DNA of 64,000 nt from Roseibacillus sp. (GTDB lineage: Bacteria; Verrucomicrobiota; Verrucomicrobiia; Verrucomicrobiales; Akkermansiaceae): NCBI GenBank assembly GCA_051251855.1, contig JBPOGI010000001.1, positions 1,472,001 through 1,536,000 on the forward strand, read 5' to 3'. Under the pieces are notes generated by a model. The model was not told the DNA's origin. It saw only the letters and a program-made list of their open reading frames with translations, and did not search any database. Positions 19,866 through 29,448 of this stretch are shown here, one piece after another (the stretch's first letter is position 1; every line of letters starts with the position of its first letter). Position numbers and translations under genes: made by a program.

Positions 19866-21353
19866 ATGATTTTTCCAAAACTCCTCGCCACTCTCGTTCT
19901 CGTTGGCCAACTCGCCGCCAAACCCAACATCGTCTTCATCCTCGTAGACGATCTCGGTCACGCCGACGTGGGCTTCAACGGCTCCACCTACTACGAGACC
20001 CCTCACATCGATGCCTTGGCCAAAGAAGGCCTCATCGTAGACAACGCCTACATGTATCCCACTTGTTCGCCCTCGCGAACTTGTCTCGCCACCGGGAAGC
20101 AGTCCTTCCGCACCGGCGTCTACACCGTTCCGGTTTTGGAAAAGGGAGACGCCCAAGAGAACATCTTCTCCCGCTGGACGGTCGGCGAAGAACACCTCAT
20201 GTATTCCCAGCCCCTCGCGGAAGCAGGCTACAAGTCCATCCACATCGGCAAGTGGCATCTCGTGGGGCCCTATCCCAAGGAAGAATTGGCGATGGAGCAT
20301 CCCTTCCAAGAAAAGCTGACCCAACCCGATCCTTGGGACTTTAGCTGGGTACCTTACCACAAAGAGCATTGCGTGAAGTACTACCCCGAAGGCCGCGGCT
20401 ACCTCAAGAACGTGGCTGGAACCTATCGCGGCGACCCCGCTCTCGAAGTCGATGGCTACCACAACCCCACCGGCGGCTACTTCGCCCCCTTCAGCAATCC
20501 CTTCCTCGAACAAAAACCCGACGACGAGTGGCTCACCGATCGCCTCACTGACGACGCCATTGCCTTCATGGATGAACACAAGACAGGCCCCTTCTTCATC
20601 AATCTACACTACTACACCGTCCATCGCCCCGTGCGCGGACGGGATAAGGAACTCGTCGAAAAATATCTCAACAAACCCGGAGACCCCATCACCGGGCAAG
20701 GATTAACGAAAGGAAAGCGCGGACAAATCGAAGCAGAATACGCCACCATGATCGAGTCCCTCGATGACAACGTGGGACGCTTGGTCGCCTTCCTCGACGA
20801 GAACAACCTTCGCGAAGAGACCCTCATTATTTTCACTTCCGACAACGGACAAAACATCGGACCCAATAAAAAGCTCCGCGGAAAGAAAGGGCACATCTAC
20901 GAAGCCGGCATTCGCGTTCCTACCTGCTTCAACTGGCCCGGAAAAATCGCACCCCGTCACACCGAGACCGCGATCACCTGTCTCGACTTCTTTCCGACCT
21001 TCATGGATTTGGCCAAAATCGACTACGACGGCACTCTTGACGGACACTCGCTGAGAGAACTCTTCAACAAGGATCCCAAGCCCCTGCAAGAACGACCTCT
21101 CTTCTGGCACGTCGCCAGTCGCAACGTCCACGGACCGTGCTCCGTCATTCGCAAGGACAACCACAAACTCATCCAATACCTCATGGACGGAAAACTAGAG
21201 CTCTACGACCTCGTCAACGACGAAGCCGAGAAGAACAACCTTGCAGAGAAGAACCCAGAACTCGCGCAGTCCCTTCTGAACGAGCTGGAAGCCTGGAGAA
21301 AAGAGCACCAAGCTCCGCTTCCCCCCGGCTCCAAGTTGAACGAACTCGAATAG
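19866..21353 (+). CDS. S1 sulfatase
   Basis: 'PNIVFILVDDLG', 'CSPSR', 'GKWHL', 'SDNG', 'YEAGIRVP'. Confidence 0.92.
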   Translation: MIFPKLLATLVLVGQLAAKPNIVFILVDDLGHADVGFNGSTYYETPHIDALAKEGLIVDNAYMYPTCSPSRTCLATGKQSFRTGVYTVPVLEKGDAQENIFSRWTVGEEHLMYSQPLAEAGYKSIHIGKWHLVGPYPKEELAMEHPFQEKLTQPDPWDFSWVPYHKEHCVKYYPEGRGYLKNVAGTYRGDPALEVDGYHNPTGGYFAPFSNPFLEQKPDDEWLTDRLTDDAIAFMDEHKTGPFFINLHYYTVHRPVRGRDKELVEKYLNKPGDPITGQGLTKGKRGQIEAEYATMIESLDDNVGRLVAFLDENNLREETLIIFTSDNGQNIGPNKKLRGKKGHIYEAGIRVPTCFNWPGKIAPRHTETAITCLDFFPTFMDLAKIDYDGTLDGHSLRELFNKDPKPLQERPLFWHVASRNVHGPCSVIRKDNHKLIQYLMDGKLELYDLVNDEAEKNNLAEKNPELAQSLLNELEAWRKEHQAPLPPGSKLNELE

Positions 21354-21468
21354 CTGTAACTCACGAACTTCCACGCCAATATCGACTCAGCGATTCCCTC
21401 TGCCTCCCCCTCGGAGGCTCGCAACATCTTCCTGATCAGCTTGCAGCAAGCGGACTCGGACCATCCCA

Positions 21469-21491
21469 ATCGCGTATATTCCATGCGTAAA
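21469..21491. promoter_or_regulatory. Putative dyad operator, copy 2 (upstream of DUF1800 operon)
   Basis: ATC-GCGTAT-ATTCC-ATGCGT-AAA. Confidence 0.6.
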
Positions 21492-21525
21492 TGGGTATTT
21501 CATCCTTCCACTCAATGGATTAGGG

Positions 21526-24500
21526 TTGAAACCCTTGAAAAACCCGTTTCCGGTTCCTCGCATTTGTTTTGGCCCCAGCCTGCTGACAATTTGTTGCTTC
21601 TCGCTCGCCGTTTCCCGCGCCGAGATCGTCAACTTTACGACTGTTGAGGGCTATGCCGACGGGAGCTTGAACGCCAACTCCAACTGGGACGCTTCCGACG
21701 CCTCCCAATCAACGGTCAATACCAGTGGCACGGGCACAGCCTCGGTCGCAGCCTATCGCGATGCCATTTTCTTACCTGCTCTCCCTATCGCTACAGGAGA
21801 CGTCTTCACCACTGCTATCGACTTCACCTTCACCGGTTCTACCGTTACCGATTACGGGGTTGCCAAGTTCAAGCCCTTCCTCGATGCCAGCTTCTATGCC
21901 TCGGATGCGAGTGGGGAACTGCTGAAGATCGGCTTTGCCCGCAGCGATCAAACCTATGCTCTCAACCTCCAGGCAAATTGGAGAAACGACATCGTTCCTC
22001 CTTTCACGACCGGAAACGCAGTGGTAGGCGGCATCTCCGCACCCAGCGTAGGAATCAATCGCGATGGTGATTTGGAAAGCGACCTCCTCCGACTCACCCT
22101 CGATCTCATTCGGGGCACCAGCGACACGGACTGGTCGTTGACTGCTACTCTCTCCAATCTCGCCAGTGGGAGCCCCATTCAAATCAGCCAACTAGTCGTC
22201 AGCGGCCTCACCTTTCCAACCACGGGAACCCTCGCCGCTGGTTTCGGAGGCGGCCAGAGCGATAACAACGCCAAGGTGAGCAACCGCCTCATTCATCGCT
22301 TTCAGTTTGAAAGAGAGTCCAACACTCCCCCTCCTCCTCCAGTTGATCCACCGCCTACCGGACCGGCGCCAGCGGACTTGAACCAAAACGGTATTCCAGA
22401 TCTTGCGGAACTCACCATTCCTCTCATTGCCCAGTATCCGCCTGCCGGGGACACCGACGGAGACGGGCAATCCAATGCCGATGAACTGGTGGCAGGGACC
22501 GACCCCTTTGATGCCGAATCCACTTTCGGCGAAGTCGCCTTAGCCTACCTGACAGGCACCCCCGACCAAGTGGACTTCACCTTCGCTACGGTGCCGGGAG
22601 TCCGCTACACCATCGAAATTTCCGAAACCCTGGCCGCGAATAGTTGGACCACTCTCACCCCCGAGGTGACTGCCTCCGAACAGGAAACCACCCTCTCCTA
22701 CGATCCGGCCACGCTGCCTATCACGGAAGCTCGTTGCTTTTTCAGGGCTGGGATTCTTCCATCACTCGACAGTGATTCCGATGGTCTCGAAGACGCCCTC
22801 GAACTGTATCTCGGTTTCGGAATCAATAGCGCCGCCAGTGTCCGCGCCGCCAGCGAAGGTGGAGACTATGCGCAACTCTATCAGCTGCTGCACGGGGCCA
22901 ATCCCAACGGTGGATTGATGAATGAAACCACCCCCGGAATTCCTTCGGAGGAGCAAGCCGCGCGCTTTCTCAACCAAGCCACCTTCGGAGCCACCCCTGA
23001 AAAAATCGACGCTCTTCGCCTTTTGGGAAACAATGCCTACGAGTTCTGGATTGACCAACAGTTGGCCCTCCCCGCGAATAGCTTCGCCAGCCCCTACCTC
23101 GACCTCACCAGTGCCCGCCGCCTAACAGACTACAATACCAACGACTGGGACCAGTTTGCACACAAAGTCGACTTTCAGAGCTATTGGGCCGACTACCTGG
23201 AAAATCTCCAAACCGTTTGGATGCGGCTGGCGCTCTTTGCCCCCGACGAACTTCGCCAACGGGTGGCTTGGGGACTGAGCCAAATCTTCGTAGCCGGCCC
23301 CGATTCCTTCTCCCATGCCAGAGGGCAGGCCGAGTGGTACGACACTTGTATCCGCAATGCCACCGGCAATTACCGTACCCTGCTTTTCGAGATCGCAGTC
23401 AATCCCTGGATGGGAATTTACCTCTCTCACGAAGGGAACGAGAAGGCGGACCCAAGCCTCAATCAGCTACCAGACGAGAACTTTGCCCGCGAAATCATGC
23501 AACTGTTCTCCATCGGTCTCTGGGAGCTGAACAACGACGGCACCCGCAGGCTCGACTTCAATAGCAAACCGATTCCGAGCTACACCAACGACGACATTAC
23601 CCAAGTGGCTCGGGTTTTCACGGGCTTGAAGCGTAATTTTTCAGAATTCGGAGGCAATTCGCAGGACATTTTTTCCACCGCGCCCATGCTGATGAAAGAC
23701 AATCTCCACGACAAGGGAGATACGGTTATGGTTGGAGTCTACGGGGTAGCGGAGAAGACCTTTTTACAGAGTCCCTTCTACACTCCCGCCTCGTTACCCG
23801 CTTTTGAGAATGACCCCGGACGCACGGGCATGGATGACGTCAATGACACCATCGATATTCTTTTCAACCATCCCAACACTCCCCCTTTCATCTCCAAACG
23901 ACTCATTCAACATCTGGTAACCTCCAATCCATCGCCTGATTACGTGGAACGGGTTGCGAATGTCTTTATCGACGACGGCACTGGGACGCGCGGAAATTTG
24001 GCTGCTGTTGTGAAAGGCATCTTCCTGGATGATGAGGCCCGTGGTGCTTCCGCCATGCTTGCCAGCAATAGTGGTCGCCTCAAAGCGCCCATGCTCCGGC
24101 TAACCAACCTGTGCCGTATATTTGAGGTCGGAATTGCTACTCCCTCCATAGACGACCTTTCTGGAATCCAAGCTTGGAACCCTTCCATGAGCGCGCTTCA
24201 GGAAGACTTCAAACAGGCTCCCCACCAATATCCCTCCGTCTTCAACTTTTATGAACCTGGCTACAGCCGACCCGGAGAAATCTCCGACAGTGAATTGGTG
24301 AGTCCGGAATTCCAGATTTTGGATTCCGCCTCCTCAATTACGCTTCCGAACCGAATCTGGCAATTTTTCTCCAACGGTCATCTGCACACCCCTCATCCCG
24401 ATGCCGCGGCCACCACTCCCAACACCGACTTTCAATTCTCGGTGCTCAGTACTTTCGCCGATGATACCGACGCCTTGTTAGACAAGCTCAACACCCTCCT

Positions 24501-24651
24501 TTGCCAAGGTCAAATGAAGGCTCTTTCCCGTAGTCAAATCGCGAGTGCCGTTGATGGAGCTTACCCCGCTAGTGCGGCAAACCGGGTGGATCGAATCAAG
24601 CTCGCAACCTACCTGGTCACTATCAGCCACGATGGCGCCGTCCTCAAATAA
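21526..24651 (+). CDS. DUF1800 family protein with N-terminal lectin/CBM-like domain
   Basis: DUF1800 motifs 'AARFLNQATFG', 'LRQRVAW.LSQI', 'MGIYLSH', 'PDENFAREIMQLFSIGL', 'LVTSNPS'. N-terminal domain shared with 27260..29365. Pro-rich linker, DTDGDG. TTG start uncertain. Confidence 0.88.
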   Translation: MKPLKNPFPVPRICFGPSLLTICCFSLAVSRAEIVNFTTVEGYADGSLNANSNWDASDASQSTVNTSGTGTASVAAYRDAIFLPALPIATGDVFTTAIDFTFTGSTVTDYGVAKFKPFLDASFYASDASGELLKIGFARSDQTYALNLQANWRNDIVPPFTTGNAVVGGISAPSVGINRDGDLESDLLRLTLDLIRGTSDTDWSLTATLSNLASGSPIQISQLVVSGLTFPTTGTLAAGFGGGQSDNNAKVSNRLIHRFQFERESNTPPPPPVDPPPTGPAPADLNQNGIPDLAELTIPLIAQYPPAGDTDGDGQSNADELVAGTDPFDAESTFGEVALAYLTGTPDQVDFTFATVPGVRYTIEISETLAANSWTTLTPEVTASEQETTLSYDPATLPITEARCFFRAGILPSLDSDSDGLEDALELYLGFGINSAASVRAASEGGDYAQLYQLLHGANPNGGLMNETTPGIPSEEQAARFLNQATFGATPEKIDALRLLGNNAYEFWIDQQLALPANSFASPYLDLTSARRLTDYNTNDWDQFAHKVDFQSYWADYLENLQTVWMRLALFAPDELRQRVAWGLSQIFVAGPDSFSHARGQAEWYDTCIRNATGNYRTLLFEIAVNPWMGIYLSHEGNEKADPSLNQLPDENFAREIMQLFSIGLWELNNDGTRRLDFNSKPIPSYTNDDITQVARVFTGLKRNFSEFGGNSQDIFSTAPMLMKDNLHDKGDTVMVGVYGVAEKTFLQSPFYTPASLPAFENDPGRTGMDDVNDTIDILFNHPNTPPFISKRLIQHLVTSNPSPDYVERVANVFIDDGTGTRGNLAAVVKGIFLDDEARGASAMLASNSGRLKAPMLRLTNLCRIFEVGIATPSIDDLSGIQAWNPSMSALQEDFKQAPHQYPSVFNFYEPGYSRPGEISDSELVSPEFQILDSASSITLPNRIWQFFSNGHLHTPHPDAAATTPNTDFQFSVLSTFADDTDALLDKLNTLLCQGQMKALSRSQIASAVDGAYPASAANRVDRIKLATYLVTISHDGAVLK

Positions 24652-24666
24652 ACTCTACTTCCCGCA

Positions 24667-26070
24667 ATGAAACGCCGCCAATTTCTCGGACACGCCAACT
24701 GTGCCGCCTTGGGTTCCCTCGGAACGATTAACACCTTGCTCAACCTTCGGCTCATCAACAATGCCATTGCAGCTCCAGCTGACCCGAACGACTACAAAGC
24801 CCTGGTGGTGATCATCCTCGGGGGAGGCAACGATGCCTTTAATATGCTGGTCCCTACCGAGACTTCCGAATACGCCAACTATGCGGCCATCCGCAGCAAT
24901 CTCGCCTTACCTTCGCCGGACCCGATGAACCCGGACGCGCTGCTCCCTCTCAACGTCAGCAACACCCCTGGACGCACCTTTGGCCTCCATAGCGCGATGC
25001 CGAACCTGCAAAGTCGATTCAACGAAGGCAACGCTGCTTTCCTGGCCAACGTGGGAGCCTTGGTGGAACCGACCACGGTTTCGCAATTTAATAACAAGTC
25101 GGTAGACCTACCTCGCTCACTCTTCTCCCATAATGACCAGCAAGACATCTGGGCCAGCACGAGCCCCTTGGAGACAACCAAGACTGGGTGGGCGGGGCGC
25201 CTGGCGGACAACATCATGTCCTGCAATCCGTCCAACAATGTCTCGATGAACATTTCCCTCGATGGAAACAACTTCGCGCTCGTGGGCGACACCTCTTTCT
25301 CCTACGCAATCACACCCGATGGCGCACCGGTGCTCAATGGCACCTCAGGCAACGCGATCGAACTGGCTCGTGGCGACACCGCCAAGTCGCTCGCCGAACA
25401 GCAGCAACGTGAACTCCTACGCAGAGCCTTCAACAACGAGAACAAGCGCGCTTTTGATATTTCCGAACTGTTCAACGATGCCGTCTCCGGGGCTTCGCTG
25501 GGGACCAACTTTGGTAATGCCGACATTGAAGAAAAGCTCGAAGCGGTGGCCAAGACTATCGCCTCCCGCTCAGCGCTTGGCCACAATCGCCAGATTTTTG
25601 CCGTTCCGACGGGAGGCTTCGACAACCACCCCGAACTCCTGAACAAGCAACGCACTCTTCTTGGTCGACTCGACAACGGACTCGATTCCTTTTGGAGCGC
25701 TCTCACCAATCTTGGTCTCACTAACGACGTCACCGTGATTACGGTCTCCGAGTTTGGGCGCACTTTGCGTTCCAATGGACAAGGGACCGATCATGCTTGG
25801 GGTAGCCATGCTCTCATGATGGGTGGGGCGGTAGATGGAGGGAAAATCTTTGGATCCTATCCAGACGACTCCGACTTGACGCTCGGTTCAGGCTTGGATG
25901 TGGGAAGCGGCAACGGCCGTATTTTGCCCACAACGTCTGTGGAAGAGTATTACGCCGAAGCCGCGCTCTGGATGGGCTTGCCATCGGGTCAGTTGGACGA
26001 AGTGCTTCCCAACCTTGACCGATTCTACAGCTATTCGGCGGCCAACCCGCCATTGGGATACTTACTCTGA
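24667..26070 (+). CDS. DUF1501 family protein (DUF1800-associated type, Tat leader)
   Basis: 'KRRQFL', 'DYKALV...L.GGND..N', 'LFSHNDQQ', 'GGFDNH', 'SEFGRTL..NG.GTDHAWG'. Confidence 0.9.
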   Translation: MKRRQFLGHANCAALGSLGTINTLLNLRLINNAIAAPADPNDYKALVVIILGGGNDAFNMLVPTETSEYANYAAIRSNLALPSPDPMNPDALLPLNVSNTPGRTFGLHSAMPNLQSRFNEGNAAFLANVGALVEPTTVSQFNNKSVDLPRSLFSHNDQQDIWASTSPLETTKTGWAGRLADNIMSCNPSNNVSMNISLDGNNFALVGDTSFSYAITPDGAPVLNGTSGNAIELARGDTAKSLAEQQQRELLRRAFNNENKRAFDISELFNDAVSGASLGTNFGNADIEEKLEAVAKTIASRSALGHNRQIFAVPTGGFDNHPELLNKQRTLLGRLDNGLDSFWSALTNLGLTNDVTVITVSEFGRTLRSNGQGTDHAWGSHALMMGGAVDGGKIFGSYPDDSDLTLGSGLDVGSGNGRILPTTSVEEYYAEAALWMGLPSGQLDEVLPNLDRFYSYSAANPPLGYLL

Positions 26071-26077
26071 GTTTTTC

Positions 26078-26581
26078 ATGAAGAAGCTGCCTCTCATTCT
26101 TTTCTCAGCCGCTGGCGTGTTTTTTGCAATCACCCTCTTTCTTTGGAAAAAGGAGAAACCGTCACCTCCGCCGAATGACCTTCAGGCAGAAGAGAACTCG
26201 TCACTTCCTGAAGAAGTCGAAGAGACCAACCCCCAAATCTCCGGCTTCCTACGAAACTACGGTTCCCCCGACCTCCCTCCAGAAAACGACCTCTTGCTGT
26301 TAGGCGACTTGCTGGACCTGTTCCGCACCACTCTGAAGCAGGCAGACAGCCTCCCCACCAGCGGCAACAGGGAAATCGTGAAGGCTCTGCAGGGAAGCAA
26401 CGCCCATCGCGAAGTGTTCCTTCCCTCCGGTTTCACTTTTCTCGACAAACAGGGCCGGCTTCTTGATCGTTGGCAGACTCCACTCTACTTTCACTTCGTC
26501 TCCGCGAGGTCTCCCGAGATTCGTTCTGCGGGTCCGGACCTTCTCCTTTGGACCGAAGACGATCTTTCCAAACTCCCATGA
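26078..26581 (+). CDS. Membrane-anchored protein with GspG/pseudopilin-like C-terminus
   Basis: N-terminal TM from ATG 26078. 'LLDRWQTPLYF....IRSAGPD...WTEDD' resembles the T2SS GspG C-terminal 'DPWG.PY...SAGPDG..T.DD'. Confidence 0.65.
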   Translation: MKKLPLILFSAAGVFFAITLFLWKKEKPSPPPNDLQAEENSSLPEEVEETNPQISGFLRNYGSPDLPPENDLLLLGDLLDLFRTTLKQADSLPTSGNREIVKALQGSNAHREVFLPSGFTFLDKQGRLLDRWQTPLYFHFVSARSPEIRSAGPDLLLWTEDDLSKLP

Positions 26582-27153
26582 CCAAACTCGTCCTAGCCAC
26601 TTCGCTCGCCCTCAGCACATTCGTACTCGGAGTCTCCCTCTATGACGAAACCATCGATGGCGATTTCTCCAACGACTACCTCAACCCCACTTCCCTGAAC
26701 CTGAAAACCGGCTCCAACCAGATTTCCGGCTCCCTGTTCGGAGCCAGCATAGATGTCGATCTCTTCACTTTTCGGCTGGGACCTGGAGAAGCCCTGAGTG
26801 CCATTCGGGTGCTGGAATTCTCGACCTTTGGAATAGGAGGAAGCTTTTTGGGAATGCAAAGCGGTACCCAGCTCTCAGCCAATCCGGCTCTGGGAAACGC
26901 CTTTCCAGACGCGGTAGGAGGACGAGTCTTCACTGCCGCTGATGCGGCCGTCGACCGAGATATTCTCCCATTCGTGGTCATGTTTCCTCCTTTCAACTCT
27001 GTTAATCCTCTCCCTGAGGGAGACTACGTGGTTTGGCTCAATGAGACCGGACAGCCCACTCAATACACCCTCGATTTCGTCGTTGTTCCGGAACCGTCGT
27101 CCCTAGTTCCTCTTGGCCTCAGCGTTTTTTTGTTTCGCCGATGGCGCAAATGA
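26578..27153 (+). CDS. PEP-CTERM sorting domain protein
   Basis: ATGA overlap at 26578, signal peptide, C-terminal 'VPEPSS' + TM + 'RRWRK'. Confidence 0.88.
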   Translation: MTKLVLATSLALSTFVLGVSLYDETIDGDFSNDYLNPTSLNLKTGSNQISGSLFGASIDVDLFTFRLGPGEALSAIRVLEFSTFGIGGSFLGMQSGTQLSANPALGNAFPDAVGGRVFTAADAAVDRDILPFVVMFPPFNSVNPLPEGDYVVWLNETGQPTQYTLDFVVVPEPSSLVPLGLSVFLFRRWRK

Positions 27154-27179
27154 GAGGAACAAACGCTCATTTTGGTCAA

Positions 27180-27202
27180 ATCGCGTATATCAGAAACGCA
27201 AT
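27180..27202. promoter_or_regulatory. Putative dyad operator, copy 3
   Basis: ATC-GCGTAT-ATCAG-AAACGC-AAT, 58 bp upstream of ATG 27260. Confidence 0.6.
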
Positions 27203-27259
27203 TGCCCCTATCTCTCGCCCCCTTTTTCGCAAAATCTTACGGGGTAAATCAAAAAAACC

Positions 27260-29365
27260 ATGAAACCAAAGCTATTTTTCCCATCAACATTGGTCGCCTT
27301 TTCCGTTCTTGGCCTCGCCTTCGCCGCAGCCAATCCTGTTGACTTCACTACCGGTTTCACCGTCGACACTCCTCTCGATGGCCAAAACGATTGGGTCACC
27401 GATGGAGGCGTCACCGTTAATAGCGCTGGCGCGACGGACAATGGCTTCAATTTTGGAATTCTCACGAGTGCCTCGGAAAGCCTCACCAAAGGAGGTTCGG
27501 TCACTTCCACCATCCAGTTCACCTACAGCGTGAATCCTGATGTCAATTCGACATCCCCCCTTCTCAACGTTGGATTCTTCAACAATTCCGATCCTGCCCT
27601 CGCGACAGGAGGCGATGCCGCTGTGCATGATCGACTTAATGCCTCCGTTGTTCGGATTGGTGACGGTCTCCGCATTCGCCTCTATCAGAACTGGGGTAAC
27701 CGAAGCCCAGCCGAAAATGGGGTCGATAATACCTTTGCGCAAACGGGTGGATCGAGTGGAATTGATACTGGACTCGACTCTAATGGAGCCGATCCCATGA
27801 GCATCGATGGCGATGAGGACCTCGACTCGGATGTGTTGGAACTTTCTCTCACCTTGACCGCAGGAGATGACGTCGATAGCTGGACCGCGGTAGCGACCCT
27901 TCGCAACGTGACTTCTGATTTTCTGATTCACACCCATACTCGAACCAACCTCTCGTTCGACGCCCTCGGAACGGCTCTCTATGGCGGCATCGGCTTTGGA
28001 CAAGGTGACGGCAACACTCAGACAACCAGTCGTACCATTTCGGACTTCAGCTTCGTCTCCACTCCTCTCGCCAGCGCGACCGAGTCGGTTGGCTTTATCG
28101 AATCAGAAAACTATTTCGATGGAAATCTCAACGCGAATGGTGACTGGTCCAGTGACGGGGACACATTGAGCGATGCTGCAGGAACCGGGATCGTGACTCT
28201 CGATGGATTCGACGATCACATTTATCAACCTCTCACCGGACTCCATATCGACGGTGCGACCTACCAAGCCTCCATCGATTTCACCTTCACTGATGATGCG
28301 ACCTACACTCCGCCGCTTGCACCCGGTGATCCGATTACCGACGTCAATCCGGCAAACAAGCCGATTCTCAACGTTGCGATTTTCAACCAAGGGAGCTCCA
28401 ATTCAACTTCGGCGGGTTTTGCAATCAGCTTCGCTGACCTCACCTCAAATGTGGTCACCATTGATACCACCACCGACCACGGCTTCGCGGCCGGGCAATC
28501 CGTTTTCGTGAAGGACGTCGACTTCCTAACAACCGATCCCAACGGAACCGTAGTCGTCACCTCGGTGCCAACGACCACCTCCTTCACCTACGCTCTTACC
28601 GGAGCAGATGAAGTTTACACACTCGACGGCAACTCCTACGCCTTCGACCCCAGCACTGCGACACCGCAACTCCGAGCTAGCATCGGGCGCGTTGGAGGCG
28701 ACTCCTATCGGGTCCAACTGCAATCTGGGTGGAATCGCTTTGCGACCAACGTTAACCCTCTCCCCTTCGTTGGTGGAGTGGAACAAGCCGTCGGAGCCCT
28801 CCAAGGCGCACCCATCCCTGCCCTAGACTTGGGGGTTGATCGCACCGCGGCAGTTCCCGCAGCAGGAGACCTCACCAGCGACAACCTACGTCTCAACCTG
28901 ACTCTCGCAGCTGGAGCAACGAACAATACTTGGGAGGCAACAATCGAGCTCTTCAATCTTGATAGTGCCACTCCTAGTGTCCCAATCGCGACCGAAGTCT
29001 ACCCCGACCTCACCAGCTTCACAGCGGAAGAGCTCTATGGAGGCTTCGGCGCTGGACAAAGCGACAATAACGTTAAGATCAGCAACCGCGATGTGGACAA
29101 CTTCAGCTTCGCGGTGACTTATCCCACCACCAGCCAACCGGTAGATATCGAAATCACTTCTTGCTCGTTCGATGGCTCGAATTTCACCGTTAACTTTACC
29201 GGAGCGGCCTCCTCGGACTTCAAGCTCACCTCTTCTCCCGACCTCGTCACCAGTTTCGGCGATACCGGCGAAACGACAACCACGGACGGCTCCGGTGTTG
29301 GCTCCTTTTCGTATGCAGTGACAGGCTCGCCCACTGAGAGTTTCTTCCGAGTAGAGGCCAACTAA
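27260..29365 (+). CDS. Secreted acidic beta-rich protein with two lectin-like repeats and a verrucomicrobial C-terminal 'FFRV' module
   Basis: Signal peptide. Two repeats ending 'GG.G.GQ.D.N.....R....FSF'. C-terminus 'ITS...FTVNFTG...SSPDL...FFRVEAN'. Confidence 0.8.
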   Translation: MKPKLFFPSTLVAFSVLGLAFAAANPVDFTTGFTVDTPLDGQNDWVTDGGVTVNSAGATDNGFNFGILTSASESLTKGGSVTSTIQFTYSVNPDVNSTSPLLNVGFFNNSDPALATGGDAAVHDRLNASVVRIGDGLRIRLYQNWGNRSPAENGVDNTFAQTGGSSGIDTGLDSNGADPMSIDGDEDLDSDVLELSLTLTAGDDVDSWTAVATLRNVTSDFLIHTHTRTNLSFDALGTALYGGIGFGQGDGNTQTTSRTISDFSFVSTPLASATESVGFIESENYFDGNLNANGDWSSDGDTLSDAAGTGIVTLDGFDDHIYQPLTGLHIDGATYQASIDFTFTDDATYTPPLAPGDPITDVNPANKPILNVAIFNQGSSNSTSAGFAISFADLTSNVVTIDTTTDHGFAAGQSVFVKDVDFLTTDPNGTVVVTSVPTTTSFTYALTGADEVYTLDGNSYAFDPSTATPQLRASIGRVGGDSYRVQLQSGWNRFATNVNPLPFVGGVEQAVGALQGAPIPALDLGVDRTAAVPAAGDLTSDNLRLNLTLAAGATNNTWEATIELFNLDSATPSVPIATEVYPDLTSFTAEELYGGFGAGQSDNNVKISNRDVDNFSFAVTYPTTSQPVDIEITSCSFDGSNFTVNFTGAASSDFKLTSSPDLVTSFGDTGETTTTDGSGVGSFSYAVTGSPTESFFRVEAN

Positions 29366-29448
29366 CAACCCTGAAGCTATCGAGGGAATTCTATCCTCAA
29401 CCGCGTATCTTAGGCCCTCGCTTTTTCAAAATCTCTTAAACAATTATC

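Noticed and set aside
21402..21418. GCCTCC-N5-GGAGGC hairpin after the sulfatase
   Set aside because: Only a 6-bp stem with no U-tract, too weak to call as a terminator.
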